IMG/VR virus record: IMGVR_UViG_3300011335_000457 | Location: 1-64,000 of that record | Direction: 5' to 3' (one strand) | DNA: 64,000 nt | Source of the DNA: a virus | Taxonomy: Duplodnaviria > Caudoviricetes | Shown: positions 23,592-32,683 of the stretch, piece after piece | How the letters are laid out: every line of letters starts with the position of its first letter | Numbering within the stretch: position 1 is the first letter of the stretch | Notes under the pieces: generated by a model | The model's input: the letters and a program-made list of their open reading frames with translations, nothing else | Told to the model about the DNA's origin: nothing | Databases searched by the model: none | Made by a program: the position numbers and the translations under genes

Positions 23592-23619
23592 GCCCTGGAT
23601 TAATAGTCCGGGGTTTTTT
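23592..23619 (+). terminator. Intrinsic terminator
   Basis: GCCCTGGA/TCCGGGGT stem plus T-run. Confidence 0.7.
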
Positions 23620-23622
23620 GTT

Positions 23623-23630
23623 TATCTTTG
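23623..23630 (+). promoter_or_regulatory. Bacteroidota sigma-70 -7 box
   Basis: TATCTTTG matches TAnnTTTG. Confidence 0.6.
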
Positions 23631-23731
23631 TGGTAACAGTACCTGGGATGCATACCGTAAGATCTGCCTACTAGCCCTGGTCTTTTTGTTATTGGGAAAG
23701 CATGGTACCAACATGTATAACTAGTATCACG

Positions 23732-23775
23732 CCCAGATAAGTTTCTCTGATCAAGAAGTACTGTCTGGGTTTTTT
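23732..23775 (+). terminator. Intrinsic terminator
   Basis: CCCAGA...TCTGGG plus TTTTTT. Confidence 0.65.
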
Positions 23776-23822
23776 GTATCTTTACTTTGAGTTATATGTT
23801 ACCTAGTCAACGGACTGGGGGA

Positions 23823-23853
23823 GGATCCCGGAATAAGTAACCGGGATTCTTTT
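23823..23853 (+). terminator. Intrinsic terminator
   Basis: ATCCCGG/CCGGGAT stem plus TCTTTT. Confidence 0.65.
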
Positions 23854-23871
23854 ATATATTAGTATAATAAT

Positions 23872-24072
23872 ATGTTTATGATACATGAAGTTAAACAAGT
23901 TATGTGGATCCAGACTCCACATGGTGTATGTCAAGTTTTGTTCTTGATAGATTATGGTCCACATCAGAATACTATATGGGTTGCTGCTGCAATATCAGAT
24001 GGTATGATACGGCATTATGATAGTTCTCAAATTAAACTAGATAAAAATTATACTCTTAGTATAAATGTTTAA
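23872..24072 (+). CDS. Conserved small phage protein
   Basis: WIQTPHG...LFLIDYG..QNTIWV...G.IRHYDSSQI pattern. Confidence 0.7.
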   Translation: MFMIHEVKQVMWIQTPHGVCQVLFLIDYGPHQNTIWVAAAISDGMIRHYDSSQIKLDKNYTLSINV

Positions 24073-24081
24073 AAAAGTTTT

Positions 24082-24089
24082 TATATTTG
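24082..24089 (+). promoter_or_regulatory. Bacteroidota -7 box
   Basis: TATATTTG; identical boxes at 30752 and 55146. Confidence 0.55.
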
Positions 24090-24138
24090 TGTCACCAACA
24101 AACTATGAAAGCAACAACTTCCATTAAATCTTTATCTT

Positions 24139-24435
24139 ATGACACGCCAGCAAAGACTGTTGTGGGAAAAGCTAACTAAAGATGCTGCTGAACTTGGTAT
24201 GGATAATCTCCAGGCTAGAGAGATGTATGATGAAATAAATAAGATAATGGATAAACAGGAAAAAACAATTCTAAGCATCATTGAAAAAGGTGAGGGATTA
24301 GAGGTAAGAATGAGTGATGTTGTATATAATAATCTTGCTATAGTAGGATTGTTAGAAAAGATTAAATTAAATATCTTAGATCATTCAAAGGATATACCAG
24401 AGCCTTTGGATACAAATCAGAAGTATGATGCATAA
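24139..24435 (+). CDS. Hypothetical protein
   Basis: 98 aa ORF. Confidence 0.65.
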   Translation: MTRQQRLLWEKLTKDAAELGMDNLQAREMYDEINKIMDKQEKTILSIIEKGEGLEVRMSDVVYNNLAIVGLLEKIKLNILDHSKDIPEPLDTNQKYDA

Positions 24436-24452
24436 TTTTTAAACTAAATATA

Positions 24453-24740
24453 ATGAGTGAAAAGAAACCGGTATATGCTATACCAGACAAAGCTCCTGAA
24501 ATGGTTGAGCACAAGATCATTCCTTTTGGACATCAGTTAGTAGGATTAGATCCTGATAATCTAGATGATTCTGAGGTGACTAAAGTAAAGTTATTAGCAG
24601 CACAGATGGCTGAGATCTTGAAGACCAACTATGAGAATGAAAGAGGGCCTTTAAAAAGTATGTTATTTGACCATGCACTAGGAGAACTAGTTAATGCTCA
24701 GATGGCAGTAGTAAAAGTAATCACGTTAAAAAATAAATAA
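24453..24740 (+). CDS. Acb2/Tad1-like helical-hairpin protein (candidate nucleotide-signal sponge)
   Basis: FGHQLVGL...DDSEVTKVKLLAAQMAEIL...HALGELVNAQMAVVKVIT resembles the FG.+VGL...K...A...A+.E+..AQM..VK hairpin family. Confidence 0.5.
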   Translation: MSEKKPVYAIPDKAPEMVEHKIIPFGHQLVGLDPDNLDDSEVTKVKLLAAQMAEILKTNYENERGPLKSMLFDHALGELVNAQMAVVKVITLKNK

Positions 24741-25117
24741 TGGAAGCAAAGTCATTACACAATACTACAGCCAACGGTGCCAAGAAGAATGTGAGAGATA
24801 TTCAATTCTGGGGAGATGGTGATACATTCAGATTAATATCCAAAGCTTCTTCTGAAGCAGAAGGTTGGATGAAATCTACTAAAGCAATGCCTGCTGGTAA
24901 CTCAGTAGTAGTACAGGTTACTACTCAACAGAGAAATCCAGATGGTAGTTACTCTGTGGCAGAAGCATTAACAACTGTTCCTAATGCAATCATAGCAGAG
25001 TTTATTGATGAAGATGATTTAGTAAAATACAGAACTATCATTGAAAGAGTTTTAAATAAACATGCAGGCATGGTTACTTATATTGAAAGAAACATAAAAA
25101 TTAAAACAGCAGAATAA
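24740..25117 (+). CDS. Conserved phage protein
   Basis: LISKASSEAEGWMKSTKAM...VVQVTTQQRNPDGSYSVAEALTTVP. Confidence 0.75.
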   Translation: MEAKSLHNTTANGAKKNVRDIQFWGDGDTFRLISKASSEAEGWMKSTKAMPAGNSVVVQVTTQQRNPDGSYSVAEALTTVPNAIIAEFIDEDDLVKYRTIIERVLNKHAGMVTYIERNIKIKTAE

Positions 25118-25410
25118 TGGCACAATTTAAAAAATTAAGAGGTAGAACTATTTTATTAGATGTTCCTCAAAGAAAAGAATCCAGTATCCAGTTATCAGCT
25201 AAGGATGAAGATGCAATTATGGCTGATGCTGTAAAGATGTGGAATAAACTTACAGTGTTTGCTATTGGAGATAAGGTAGAAGAAGTAGCAGTTGGTGATC
25301 AAGTATATGTTAGAACGGCTGCTCTTAATATGGAGCATGTAGAAAGAATAGATATAGATGGTTCTGTTAAGTTAGTTCTTAATGAAGGTGACGTAGTTAT
25401 TATCTGGTAG
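25117..25410 (+). CDS. GroES-like co-chaperonin
   Basis: LRGRTILLD...mobile-loop-like segment...VFAIGDKVEEVAVGDQVYV...LVLNEGDVVIIW. Confidence 0.65.
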   Translation: MAQFKKLRGRTILLDVPQRKESSIQLSAKDEDAIMADAVKMWNKLTVFAIGDKVEEVAVGDQVYVRTAALNMEHVERIDIDGSVKLVLNEGDVVIIW

Positions 25411-25412
25411 TC

Positions 25413-25682
25413 ATGAGTGATGCAAGAATAAAAGCTACTCTTGTGGATGTAACTAAAAGAGTAATTAACTTAGAAGAAGGACCCCGGCCTGATTACTATG
25501 GTGGCAAAGATAGTACTTATGAAGTATTCAGAGTTCTAGAAGAATGGGAACTAGACAAAGACTTCTATTTAGGTAATGTAATTAAGTATGTAGCAAGGGC
25601 TGGTAAAAAAGATTCTTCTAAAACAAAAGAAGATTTACAAAAAGCTTTAGTATATTTACAAAGAAGAATTGATTTATTATGA
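25413..25682 (+). CDS. DUF3310 (SaV-like) protein
   Basis: RPDYYGG...YEVFRVLEEW...FYLGNVIKYVARAGKK...EDLQKALVYL. Confidence 0.85.
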   Translation: MSDARIKATLVDVTKRVINLEEGPRPDYYGGKDSTYEVFRVLEEWELDKDFYLGNVIKYVARAGKKDSSKTKEDLQKALVYLQRRIDLL

Positions 25683-25873
25683 TAACAGGAATAATATTTA
25701 TTGTAGGTATAATAGTTATTGGGTTTTTATTTTTAGTACAAAATGCTATGACTAAACCTATATATAACAAGATGCACAATATGTGGCATGATGATCCGGA
25801 AGGAAGAAAGATTGCCAATATAACTTTAGTAGTAATGTTGTTTATAGCATTTTATTTAGGGACATTATTTTGA
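25679..25873 (+). CDS. Two-TM membrane protein
   Basis: Two hydrophobic helices. Confidence 0.65.
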   Translation: MITGIIFIVGIIVIGFLFLVQNAMTKPIYNKMHNMWHDDPEGRKIANITLVVMLFIAFYLGTLF

Positions 25874-25895
25874 TATGCTTCTCTCAAACGGAAAG

Positions 25896-25925
25896 ATCCT
25901 CAGTTTTTTAGCTGGGGATTTTTTT
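25896..25925 (+). terminator. Intrinsic terminator
   Basis: ATCCTCAG/CTGGGGAT plus T-run. Confidence 0.7.
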
Positions 25926-25977
25926 ATGTGAATTATTTTTTGTATATTATTATGTATATTTATTAAAACAAACAACC

Positions 25978-26448
25978 ATGGACATTTTAAATTTTATTTC
26001 TTGGATTAAAGCTGGTAATTATAGAACCACAATTCCAACCGATGTTAATACTCTAATTGCAGTAGGTGCACAAGATCCTTCTCGCGATGATAATTGGCTA
26101 CCATTAGCTGTTAATGCAGAACCTTTACAGTCATTGTATAATACAGCAAATGTAATTCAAGGTTCAAGTATTACTACAGCAGTAACTGTAAATGCATTAA
26201 ATGGTGTTATTACTACAGTATCTGCAACAGTAGCAGCAAATGCTAAATCTTTTTTTACTGTAAACAATAGTAATGTAGTTTCAACATCTAAGATTTTAGT
26301 TTCAGTTCAGTATGATGAAGCAGCAACAGGTATTGCAATTGCAAGTGTTTCTGATATTGCAACAGGCTCTTTTAAAGTAACTATATCAAATGGTGGAAAT
26401 GCTGCATTAAATAATGTAGTTAAAGTACATTTTTTAATTGTTGCTTAA
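25978..26448 (+). CDS. Putative virion (fibre-like) protein
   Basis: MDILNFISW start; beta-rich C-domain GVITT...VTNSNV..TSKILVSVQY...GSFKVTI. Confidence 0.6.
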   Translation: MDILNFISWIKAGNYRTTIPTDVNTLIAVGAQDPSRDDNWLPLAVNAEPLQSLYNTANVIQGSSITTAVTVNALNGVITTVSATVAANAKSFFTVNNSNVVSTSKILVSVQYDEAATGIAIASVSDIATGSFKVTISNGGNAALNNVVKVHFLIVA

Positions 26449-26459
26449 GTTATTAATTT

Positions 26460-26481
26460 ACTGAGGTAGAAATACCTCAGT
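26460..26481 (+). terminator. Perfect hairpin with GAAA loop
   Basis: ACTGAGGTA-GAAA-TACCTCAGT. Confidence 0.6.
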
Positions 26482-26499
26482 TATTTAAATTATAAAACT

Positions 26500-27039
26500 A
26501 TGTCAATAGGAAATTTAAAAGACACTGGAAACCAAGGTAATAACATGCCATGGCAATGGAGTGTACTAAGAGGACTACAAGGTATTCTCACTCAATTACA
26601 ATCAGTATTAAGAGTTCAAATAGTTGATCCTTTAGGCCAACAAACAATGGATAACTCAGTAGCTGTAGTAATTGCTTCTGATCAGTCAATTTTACCTGTA
26701 GACATTCAAAAACCTTTAGGTAATAGTGGATCAAATGATTCAGTTTCAGTAGTACTAACTAATGATCAGTTTAAACGAATTGTAACTCCTAATATAATTT
26801 TAGAAAATATCCACAATGATAGCCTTGGTGTAACTTGTTATTCTATCTCTTTTGCTAGTAATGGTACTGCTGATGCTTTAGTTTCATTTGATGGAGGAAT
26901 TAATTATGTGACTTTACCTTCAGGAACAACAATTAATATGGATGCTGGAGGATTAGACTGGTATTATGAAGCTGACAAGTTTTATTGGGATACTACTACT
27001 AATGCTGGTGCTTCTTTAATTATAACATATAATAACTAA
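26500..27039 (+). CDS. Putative virion protein
   Basis: MSIGNLKDTGNQGNNMPWQ start; DSVSVVLxxDQ repeats. Confidence 0.6.
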   Translation: MSIGNLKDTGNQGNNMPWQWSVLRGLQGILTQLQSVLRVQIVDPLGQQTMDNSVAVVIASDQSILPVDIQKPLGNSGSNDSVSVVLTNDQFKRIVTPNIILENIHNDSLGVTCYSISFASNGTADALVSFDGGINYVTLPSGTTINMDAGGLDWYYEADKFYWDTTTNAGASLIITYNN

Positions 27040-27428
27040 TGAGTACACTAATACAAATACCAAATCAAATTCCTGTTTATATTCAAGCAGCTTGTTCTGA
27101 TGAAACTACTGCTTTAACAGTAGGAACTTCTAAAGTAATATTTAGGATTCCTTGTGATATGATTATAACAGAGGTTAGAGCTTCATTAAGTACAGCTCAA
27201 TCAAGTGGCAGTATATTTACTGTTGATATTCATAAGTCAGGAGTATCAATTTTAAGCACTAAATTAACCATTGATAATGCTGAAACTACATCCGTAACAG
27301 CTACAACTCCAGCTGTTATTAGTAATGCTATAACAGCTGATGATTCTAGGATAAATGTTCACATAGATCAAATAGGAAATGGTACTGCTAAAGGACTTAA
27401 AATAACTTTGATTGGTACTAGAATATGA
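27039..27428 (+). CDS. Putative fibre/receptor-binding beta-sandwich protein
   Basis: QAACSDETTAL...FRIPC...VRASLSTA...VDIHKSG...IDQIG...AKGLKITLIG. Confidence 0.65.
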   Translation: MSTLIQIPNQIPVYIQAACSDETTALTVGTSKVIFRIPCDMIITEVRASLSTAQSSGSIFTVDIHKSGVSILSTKLTIDNAETTSVTATTPAVISNAITADDSRINVHIDQIGNGTAKGLKITLIGTRI

Positions 27429-28234
27429 TAATTAATCCTTATTTTTTTGGCTCAGCACCTTTATTAATTGATACATATCCAGGTGCATCAGTTGCTTTTT
27501 CATTGCGTAAACTTAGAACAGCTTATTCAGGTAGTTGTATTAGAGTAAGACGGTCAAGTGATAATACAGAGTTAAATATTGGTTTTGTTAATGATGTTTT
27601 AGATACAGCTTCTTTACTTACATTTTGTGGTGCTGGCAATGGCTTTGTAGCTACATGGTATGACCAAAGTGGTAATGCAAATAATGCAACACAATCAACA
27701 GCTTTTAACCAGCCTCAGATTGTTTCAAGTGGTGCAATGATAACAACTAATGGTAAAAATTCAATATTATTTAATTCAACTAAACTAATGCTTTTAGGCT
27801 CTTCAATAACAGTAGGAGCATCAAGTTATACATCATTGGTAGGTAAACGTCCTTCAAGTGGAGATAAGTTAATAGGTTTAGCAAGGTGGAGTACTCTTGG
27901 TTATGCATTATATTTATGGTCAGATAGTAAGTATTATTTCTTAGGTAAGGCAAATGAATATTTTACAAGTTCAGCAACAGATACAACAACTGCTCAGTTA
28001 TTATTGACAGGTCAAAATTCAGCAGGCACAATTTCAATTTTTAAAAATGGCGGTGCAATAACATCAAGTTCAAATGTATTAATTTATTCAACATTAGTTG
28101 ACTCTATTGGTGGAACTTCAGGAAGTTTAGCAAATTGTAACCTGCAAGAAACTATTTTATACAATTCAGATCAATCAACAAACAGAACAGGAATTGAAAC
28201 AAACATTAATACATTCTATACAATATATCCATGA
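27425..28234 (+). CDS. Concanavalin/LamG-like carbohydrate-binding fibre domain
   Basis: AFSLRKLRTAYSGSCIRVRRSSDNTELNIGF...TWYDQSGNANNATQ. Confidence 0.7.
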   Translation: MIINPYFFGSAPLLIDTYPGASVAFSLRKLRTAYSGSCIRVRRSSDNTELNIGFVNDVLDTASLLTFCGAGNGFVATWYDQSGNANNATQSTAFNQPQIVSSGAMITTNGKNSILFNSTKLMLLGSSITVGASSYTSLVGKRPSSGDKLIGLARWSTLGYALYLWSDSKYYFLGKANEYFTSSATDTTTAQLLLTGQNSAGTISIFKNGGAITSSSNVLIYSTLVDSIGGTSGSLANCNLQETILYNSDQSTNRTGIETNINTFYTIYP

Positions 28235-28467
28235 TAATAACAGGTTATAAATACACAATAGAACAGGATGCAATAGATGCGAGAGAACAATGTGATACTT
28301 ACTATGGTATCCCAGTTTCACCTGAAGATGTTACACAAAATTGGTGTGACTATGAAACAGCAAATTTAGATACTCCTATATTTTACTACATTAGATTTGA
28401 TGAGAGTTTAAGAGTTGTTTTAGGAGATCCAGGAACTTTTGAAGTAACTGTACTTAATCCTTTTTAA
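28231..28467 (+). CDS. Small acidic protein, possible fibre chaperone
   Basis: 78 aa ORF following fibre genes. Confidence 0.55.
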   Translation: MIITGYKYTIEQDAIDAREQCDTYYGIPVSPEDVTQNWCDYETANLDTPIFYYIRFDESLRVVLGDPGTFEVTVLNPF

Positions 28468-28539
28468 TAAGTAAAAATGCTTAATAAAATATTGCAATAT
28501 AAATAATTTTTAGTATATTATTATATATATTTATAACTT

Positions 28540-28815
28540 ATGACAATGGACACAATAACAATAACAATAACTTTGTTTATAGCAGGAACAATTTTTGCTA
28601 TCTTTGGATACTTTTTAAAAATGATTCACGGAGATGTAAGAAAAAACACAGAAGAATTAGGCAAATTAAAAGGCAAAATAGAACTAGTACAACAAGAGAC
28701 TCAGATAAAGTATCAAGCATTGCAAGAACTTACTCAGCTTGAGATAAAAAACCTAGCAAAGAATGTAGGTGAATTATCAGATGCAGTTAAGATGTTTGTG
28801 TTAAATAAAAACTAA
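28540..28815 (+). CDS. Holin-like or single-TM coiled-coil protein
   Basis: N-terminal TM then coiled coil; lies upstream of the amidase. Confidence 0.55.
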   Translation: MTMDTITITITLFIAGTIFAIFGYFLKMIHGDVRKNTEELGKLKGKIELVQQETQIKYQALQELTQLEIKNLAKNVGELSDAVKMFVLNKN

Positions 28816-29057
28816 TGAAAGAATTGAAAGGAAGATGGAAATCTAGAACACCTAGGTTCTGGAAGAAAGTACAGAAAGTAGCAATTGCACTAGGTGCAGC
28901 AGCTGCTATAGTTGTGGCAGCTCCAATAGCATTACCTGCAGCAGTGGTAACAGTAGCAGGATATGTAGTAACAGCAGGAACTGTTGCAGCAACCTTATCT
29001 CAACTAACAGTTGAGAACTATAAGGACATAACTAAAGTAACCAATAAAAACAAATAA
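28815..29057 (+). CDS. Putative holin
   Basis: Basic N-terminus RWKSRTPRFWKK and a long hydrophobic segment. Confidence 0.6.
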   Translation: MKELKGRWKSRTPRFWKKVQKVAIALGAAAAIVVAAPIALPAAVVTVAGYVVTAGTVAATLSQLTVENYKDITKVTNKNK

Positions 29058-29058
29058 A

Positions 29059-29367
29059 ATGGCTAAGAAAGCAAAAAAAGTTCAGGATGTAGATTTTGAA
29101 GTAAAGACTAAGAAAGTAAGAGTTAAAGCTGTCAAAAAAGAAAAAGTAGTTGATGTAGTAGTAGACACACCAAATGTAGATGTTACAGTACATGCAGATG
29201 AAGAGAAAAAGAAATTTGTACTTGACTCAAGGAAATTAGATGTTGAAGTTACTAAAACAGATGAAGGTACTACAGTTACAGTAGAAGCTCAAACTCCAAT
29301 ACTTAAGAAAGTAGGTTTATGGGTAGCTCATATGATGAGTAAAAAATTCAACAAAGTTAAAAAATGA
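29059..29367 (+). CDS. Lys/Val-rich hypothetical protein
   Basis: Repeated VDVxV beta motifs. Confidence 0.6.
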   Translation: MAKKAKKVQDVDFEVKTKKVRVKAVKKEKVVDVVVDTPNVDVTVHADEEKKKFVLDSRKLDVEVTKTDEGTTVTVEAQTPILKKVGLWVAHMMSKKFNKVKK

Positions 29368-30242
29368 CTGTCTTAAAAAAAGGAAGTAAAGGACCTTCAG
29401 TGGTTACACTTCAAGAATTTTTAAAGATAAAAGCTGATGGAGACTTTGGACCTCAGACTGAAACTGCAGTTAAGACCTGGCAGAAAGCTAATGGTTTAAT
29501 AAATGATGGCATAGTAGGTAAAAAAACATGGGCAGCCATGGGAATCCTTAATACTGATAATGCAGAAAATCTAGAAGTAGAATATGCATTAGAGATTAAG
29601 AAACATTATATGACGGAAGGTACATACTTTCCTGGTCCAGTTGCAAAAGACTGGATATTTTTACACCACACAGCAGGATGGGAAAACCCATATCAGGTTG
29701 CTGATATGTGGGCTAGAGATGATAGAGGTAATGTAGCTACTGAGTTTGTATTAGGAGGTCAGTCTGTAAAGAATGGAGATACTAAGTATGATGGTGAGCT
29801 GATCCAATGTTTTCCTGAAGGAGGATATGGATGGCACACAGGTACAGGTAACTCTGTTATGCATAGAAACTCTGTAGCAATTGAAGTATGTTGTATGGGT
29901 CAAATAGTAAATGGTAAGACTTATGTAAGTACTCCTGCTGATCCTAATCAAATAGTTAAGTTAGCTAAACCATTCCGTGGATTTCAATACTGGCATAGAT
30001 ACTCTGATGCTCAGATAATAAACCTCAAGCGTTGGATACTATTTATAGCAAAGAAATATAATATAGATCCTAGGATAGGCTTGGTGCAATACATTAAAGC
30101 TAAAGGAGCTGATGGATTTGATATCTGTGATGTTGCTAAAGCACAAGCTACACCGGGATTATATACTCATACTAATGTATTAAAAGGTAAAGTAGATATG
30201 TTTCCTCAGCAAGAATTAATAGATATGTTATTAAGCTTATAA
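29364..30242 (+). CDS. Endolysin: peptidoglycan-binding domain plus N-acetylmuramoyl-L-alanine amidase (Amidase_2)
   Basis: LKKGSKG..V..LQ...ADGDFGPQT..AVK.WQ..NGL..DGIVG; LHHTAG, WHTG, NSVAIEV, THTNV..GKVD. Confidence 0.88.
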   Translation: MTVLKKGSKGPSVVTLQEFLKIKADGDFGPQTETAVKTWQKANGLINDGIVGKKTWAAMGILNTDNAENLEVEYALEIKKHYMTEGTYFPGPVAKDWIFLHHTAGWENPYQVADMWARDDRGNVATEFVLGGQSVKNGDTKYDGELIQCFPEGGYGWHTGTGNSVMHRNSVAIEVCCMGQIVNGKTYVSTPADPNQIVKLAKPFRGFQYWHRYSDAQIINLKRWILFIAKKYNIDPRIGLVQYIKAKGADGFDICDVAKAQATPGLYTHTNVLKGKVDMFPQQELIDMLLSL

Positions 30243-30243
30243 T

Positions 30244-30402
30244 ATGAAATTTAGAAACAATTGGAAAGCTTCAAACAAGCAATGGGATAAGATAACTGTA
30301 AGGATCAGAATTTCAAGCTTAGATATTTTTAGTTTAGAGATAGATAAGTCAAGAGATTTTTACTTATTTACTATCCTAAATTTTACACTTAAAAATAGAT
30401 AA
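30244..30402 (+). CDS. Small hypothetical protein (not in ORF track)
   Basis: MKFRNNWKASNKQWDKITVRIRISSLDIFSLEIDKSRDFYLFTILNFTLKNR. Confidence 0.6.
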   Translation: MKFRNNWKASNKQWDKITVRIRISSLDIFSLEIDKSRDFYLFTILNFTLKNR

Positions 30403-30403
30403 T

Positions 30404-30670
30404 ATGAAAAATGGATTAAAAGGAGTTACAGATGCTACTGTATTTTGTAAGTCAATGAAAAAAGGTGGTCCTGCTGCAATGATACAACCAATGTCAAAAT
30501 ACATAGCTGGTGGTACTGCGGGTTTACAGGTTGCTGAAACTGAATCAGCTGATAGTGCTAAACCACCAAGATGGTGGAAAAATCTTAAACGTAATATAAG
30601 TAATATGAAGTTAAGAAACAATCAAAAGTCAAATAGACACAGATGTACAGGTGTTGGTTGTGTAGAATAA
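30404..30670 (+). CDS. Small basic protein with MKKGG motif
   Basis: 88 aa, Lys-rich. Confidence 0.55.
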   Translation: MKNGLKGVTDATVFCKSMKKGGPAAMIQPMSKYIAGGTAGLQVAETESADSAKPPRWWKNLKRNISNMKLRNNQKSNRHRCTGVGCVE

Positions 30671-30689
30671 AACACTAAACTTACTATAG

Positions 30690-30718
30690 TCCAGGTATAT
30701 TGTATGCCTGGATTTTTT
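30690..30718 (+). terminator. Intrinsic terminator
   Basis: TCCAGGTATA-TTG-TATGCCTGGA plus T-run. Confidence 0.7.
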
Positions 30719-30782
30719 GTTTTTAAATATTTGGGGTTTAAACTTTTTTTGTATATTTGTCTAAACCTTAAAAATATAAAAC

Positions 30783-31070
30783 ATGGAAAATCAACAAAAT
30801 GATGAGCATTTAACAGCAGATCAGTTAGCAGAAAAGAAAGCAGCAATGTTAGAATTTTACACAGATTCATTAACATATTTGGATGCTCAATTAGTTTATG
30901 AACAAAAGCTATTAGCTATTGATGAGGCAAGATTTAAAAGAATGAGTATGCAGATGCAATATGCTATTATGATGAATGAAGCTAAAGAAAATGGTGAAGG
31001 TAATGATCTTGACAATGGATTGAATGACCCACAAAATCCAGCACCAGCAAGAAAGCTTAAGAAAGACTAA
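30783..31070 (+). CDS. Conserved helical protein
   Basis: 95 aa ORF behind a TATATTTG box. Confidence 0.7.
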   Translation: MENQQNDEHLTADQLAEKKAAMLEFYTDSLTYLDAQLVYEQKLLAIDEARFKRMSMQMQYAIMMNEAKENGEGNDLDNGLNDPQNPAPARKLKKD

Positions 31071-31072
31071 TC

Positions 31073-31432
31073 ATGGCTTTAGTTACACAAGTACAGAAAA
31101 GAGTAGTGATGTCCAAAAAAGACATTATTAAATATCAGATACTTACTCATTGTTATATTAATAGTATAATAATGAGTGAGTCTGACTTAGATTGTTTATC
31201 AATGCTATCTGTAATTGGTCCTATAGAATTATCACATTTTTGTTATGAAGCTTCTGATGAGCATAAGATATTCAAATCAGAACAAACAGTAAGAAACTGT
31301 ATCAACAAGTGTGAGAAGAACAACTTGGTAATCAAAGATCCTAATAATAAAAAAATAATCAGCATGCATCCTGACTTAAAGATTCAGACAGAAGGTGATA
31401 TACTATTAGATTATAAATTTTTAGGTAAATGA
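31073..31432 (+). CDS. Winged-helix DNA-binding protein
   Basis: IFKSEQTVRNCINKCEKNNLV wHTH-like recognition helix and wing. Confidence 0.6.
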   Translation: MALVTQVQKRVVMSKKDIIKYQILTHCYINSIIMSESDLDCLSMLSVIGPIELSHFCYEASDEHKIFKSEQTVRNCINKCEKNNLVIKDPNNKKIISMHPDLKIQTEGDILLDYKFLGK

Positions 31433-31857
31433 TTCCAAAAAAACCAAATGCATTATACAAAGAAGTAGCTGAGGAGTTAAATTTACCAGCCAACTTAATA
31501 GAAGATTTTATAGAATTTTATTATAAAGAAATAAAGTCTAACATTACAGGTTTAAAACACCCAAGAATAAATGTAGAATGTTTAGGTCAGTTTGTAGTAA
31601 GACCACTGGCAGTTAAAAAAGCAATACCAAAATATCAGAAAATATTAGAGATACATGATACCTCTACATTTAATGCCTATTTTAATAAGGTGATGCTTGA
31701 AAAGAAACTTATAGCTTTAGCACATATTGAAAAAGAGTTAGCTAAAGTTGAATTAAAAAGAGAATTAGTTAAATCCAAAAAACAAAAGTATAATGAAGAA
31801 TACATTAAAACTAATCTGGAACAACAGGAAGCAGATACTGGAGGGGATAACCAATAG
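31429..31857 (+). CDS. HU/IHF-like DNA-binding protein
   Basis: LYKEVAEELNLP..LIEDFI.FYY..I...I......RINVECLGQFVV. Confidence 0.65.
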   Translation: MIPKKPNALYKEVAEELNLPANLIEDFIEFYYKEIKSNITGLKHPRINVECLGQFVVRPLAVKKAIPKYQKILEIHDTSTFNAYFNKVMLEKKLIALAHIEKELAKVELKRELVKSKKQKYNEEYIKTNLEQQEADTGGDNQ

Positions 31858-32092
31858 TGTAATCCGTGATGAGACAGTAGAAGAAATTGCAATGCTAAGA
31901 TATTCTATCTGTGATGAATGTCCTAGCAAAGGTAAGAAGTGTGCTGTAAAGGGAACAGCTCCTTGTTGTAATGAGTGTGGGTGCTCATTAGGATTTAAAA
32001 CAAGATCTCTATCTTCAGATTGCCCACTGGGTAAATGGGAAGCTATTGCTACTGAAGAACAAGAGGATGCATTAGAAAACCTTAAAGATTAA
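31793..32092 (+). CDS. Cys-rich zinc-finger protein
   Basis: RYSICDEC...C...CNECGC.L.FK......CPLGKW. Confidence 0.7.
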   Translation: MKNTLKLIWNNRKQILEGITNSVIRDETVEEIAMLRYSICDECPSKGKKCAVKGTAPCCNECGCSLGFKTRSLSSDCPLGKWEAIATEEQEDALENLKD

Positions 32093-32096
32093 TAGT

Positions 32097-32423
32097 ATGT
32101 TTATAGACCCGAATAATATGCAAGGTGTATATGTTAGTGATCCTAATAAAGTAATTAATACTATACCTAGTAATACAACTTCCGGTAATGGTTTATTTAG
32201 TGCAATGGGTAATGGTCCCTTTAATGATCCATGGGAAAATCCTATGAAAGAAATAGAATTAAGAATCAAGAAGCTAGAAGTAGAGAATAAGTTCTTAAGG
32301 CTAAAGATGCTTTCAATAGAAGGTAAGTTTTCTCAGGAAGAAGTAACTAATATTAGAAAGATGTTAATCTCTGAAGATGAAGCATCAAGAACAGTAGCTG
32401 AATCAATAATAGACAATGCATGA
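32097..32423 (+). CDS. Hypothetical protein
   Basis: 108 aa ORF. Confidence 0.65.
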   Translation: MFIDPNNMQGVYVSDPNKVINTIPSNTTSGNGLFSAMGNGPFNDPWENPMKEIELRIKKLEVENKFLRLKMLSIEGKFSQEEVTNIRKMLISEDEASRTVAESIIDNA

Positions 32424-32683
32424 ATTGGACAGAACTAGAATCTTTTCTAACAGATGGTATTGCTTCTCAAGGAAGGCAAATTAGTTTGTATACTGGACAA
32501 GCAGGAGCAGATTATCTTGCACATGCAATGGCTATTGAAAACTCTGTTGGGTTTGTAGAATGGATGCAAGAAAGAAAGAGAATAGATTCTGATACAGCAG
32601 AAAGTTTAATTAAAATGCTAAGGTCAGAAGATCAGGATAATTTTAACATAGCAATACTTGCTATAGAACAATTAAAGAAATGA
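32420..32683 (+). CDS. Hypothetical protein
   Basis: 87 aa ORF. Confidence 0.65.
   Translation: MNWTELESFLTDGIASQGRQISLYTGQAGADYLAHAMAIENSVGFVEWMQERKRIDSDTAESLIKMLRSEDQDNFNIAILAIEQLKK

Noticed and set aside
23407-23724. 105-aa plus-strand ORF at the strand switch
   Set aside because: Runs through terminators, a promoter box and A/T tracts, with atypical composition; probably spurious
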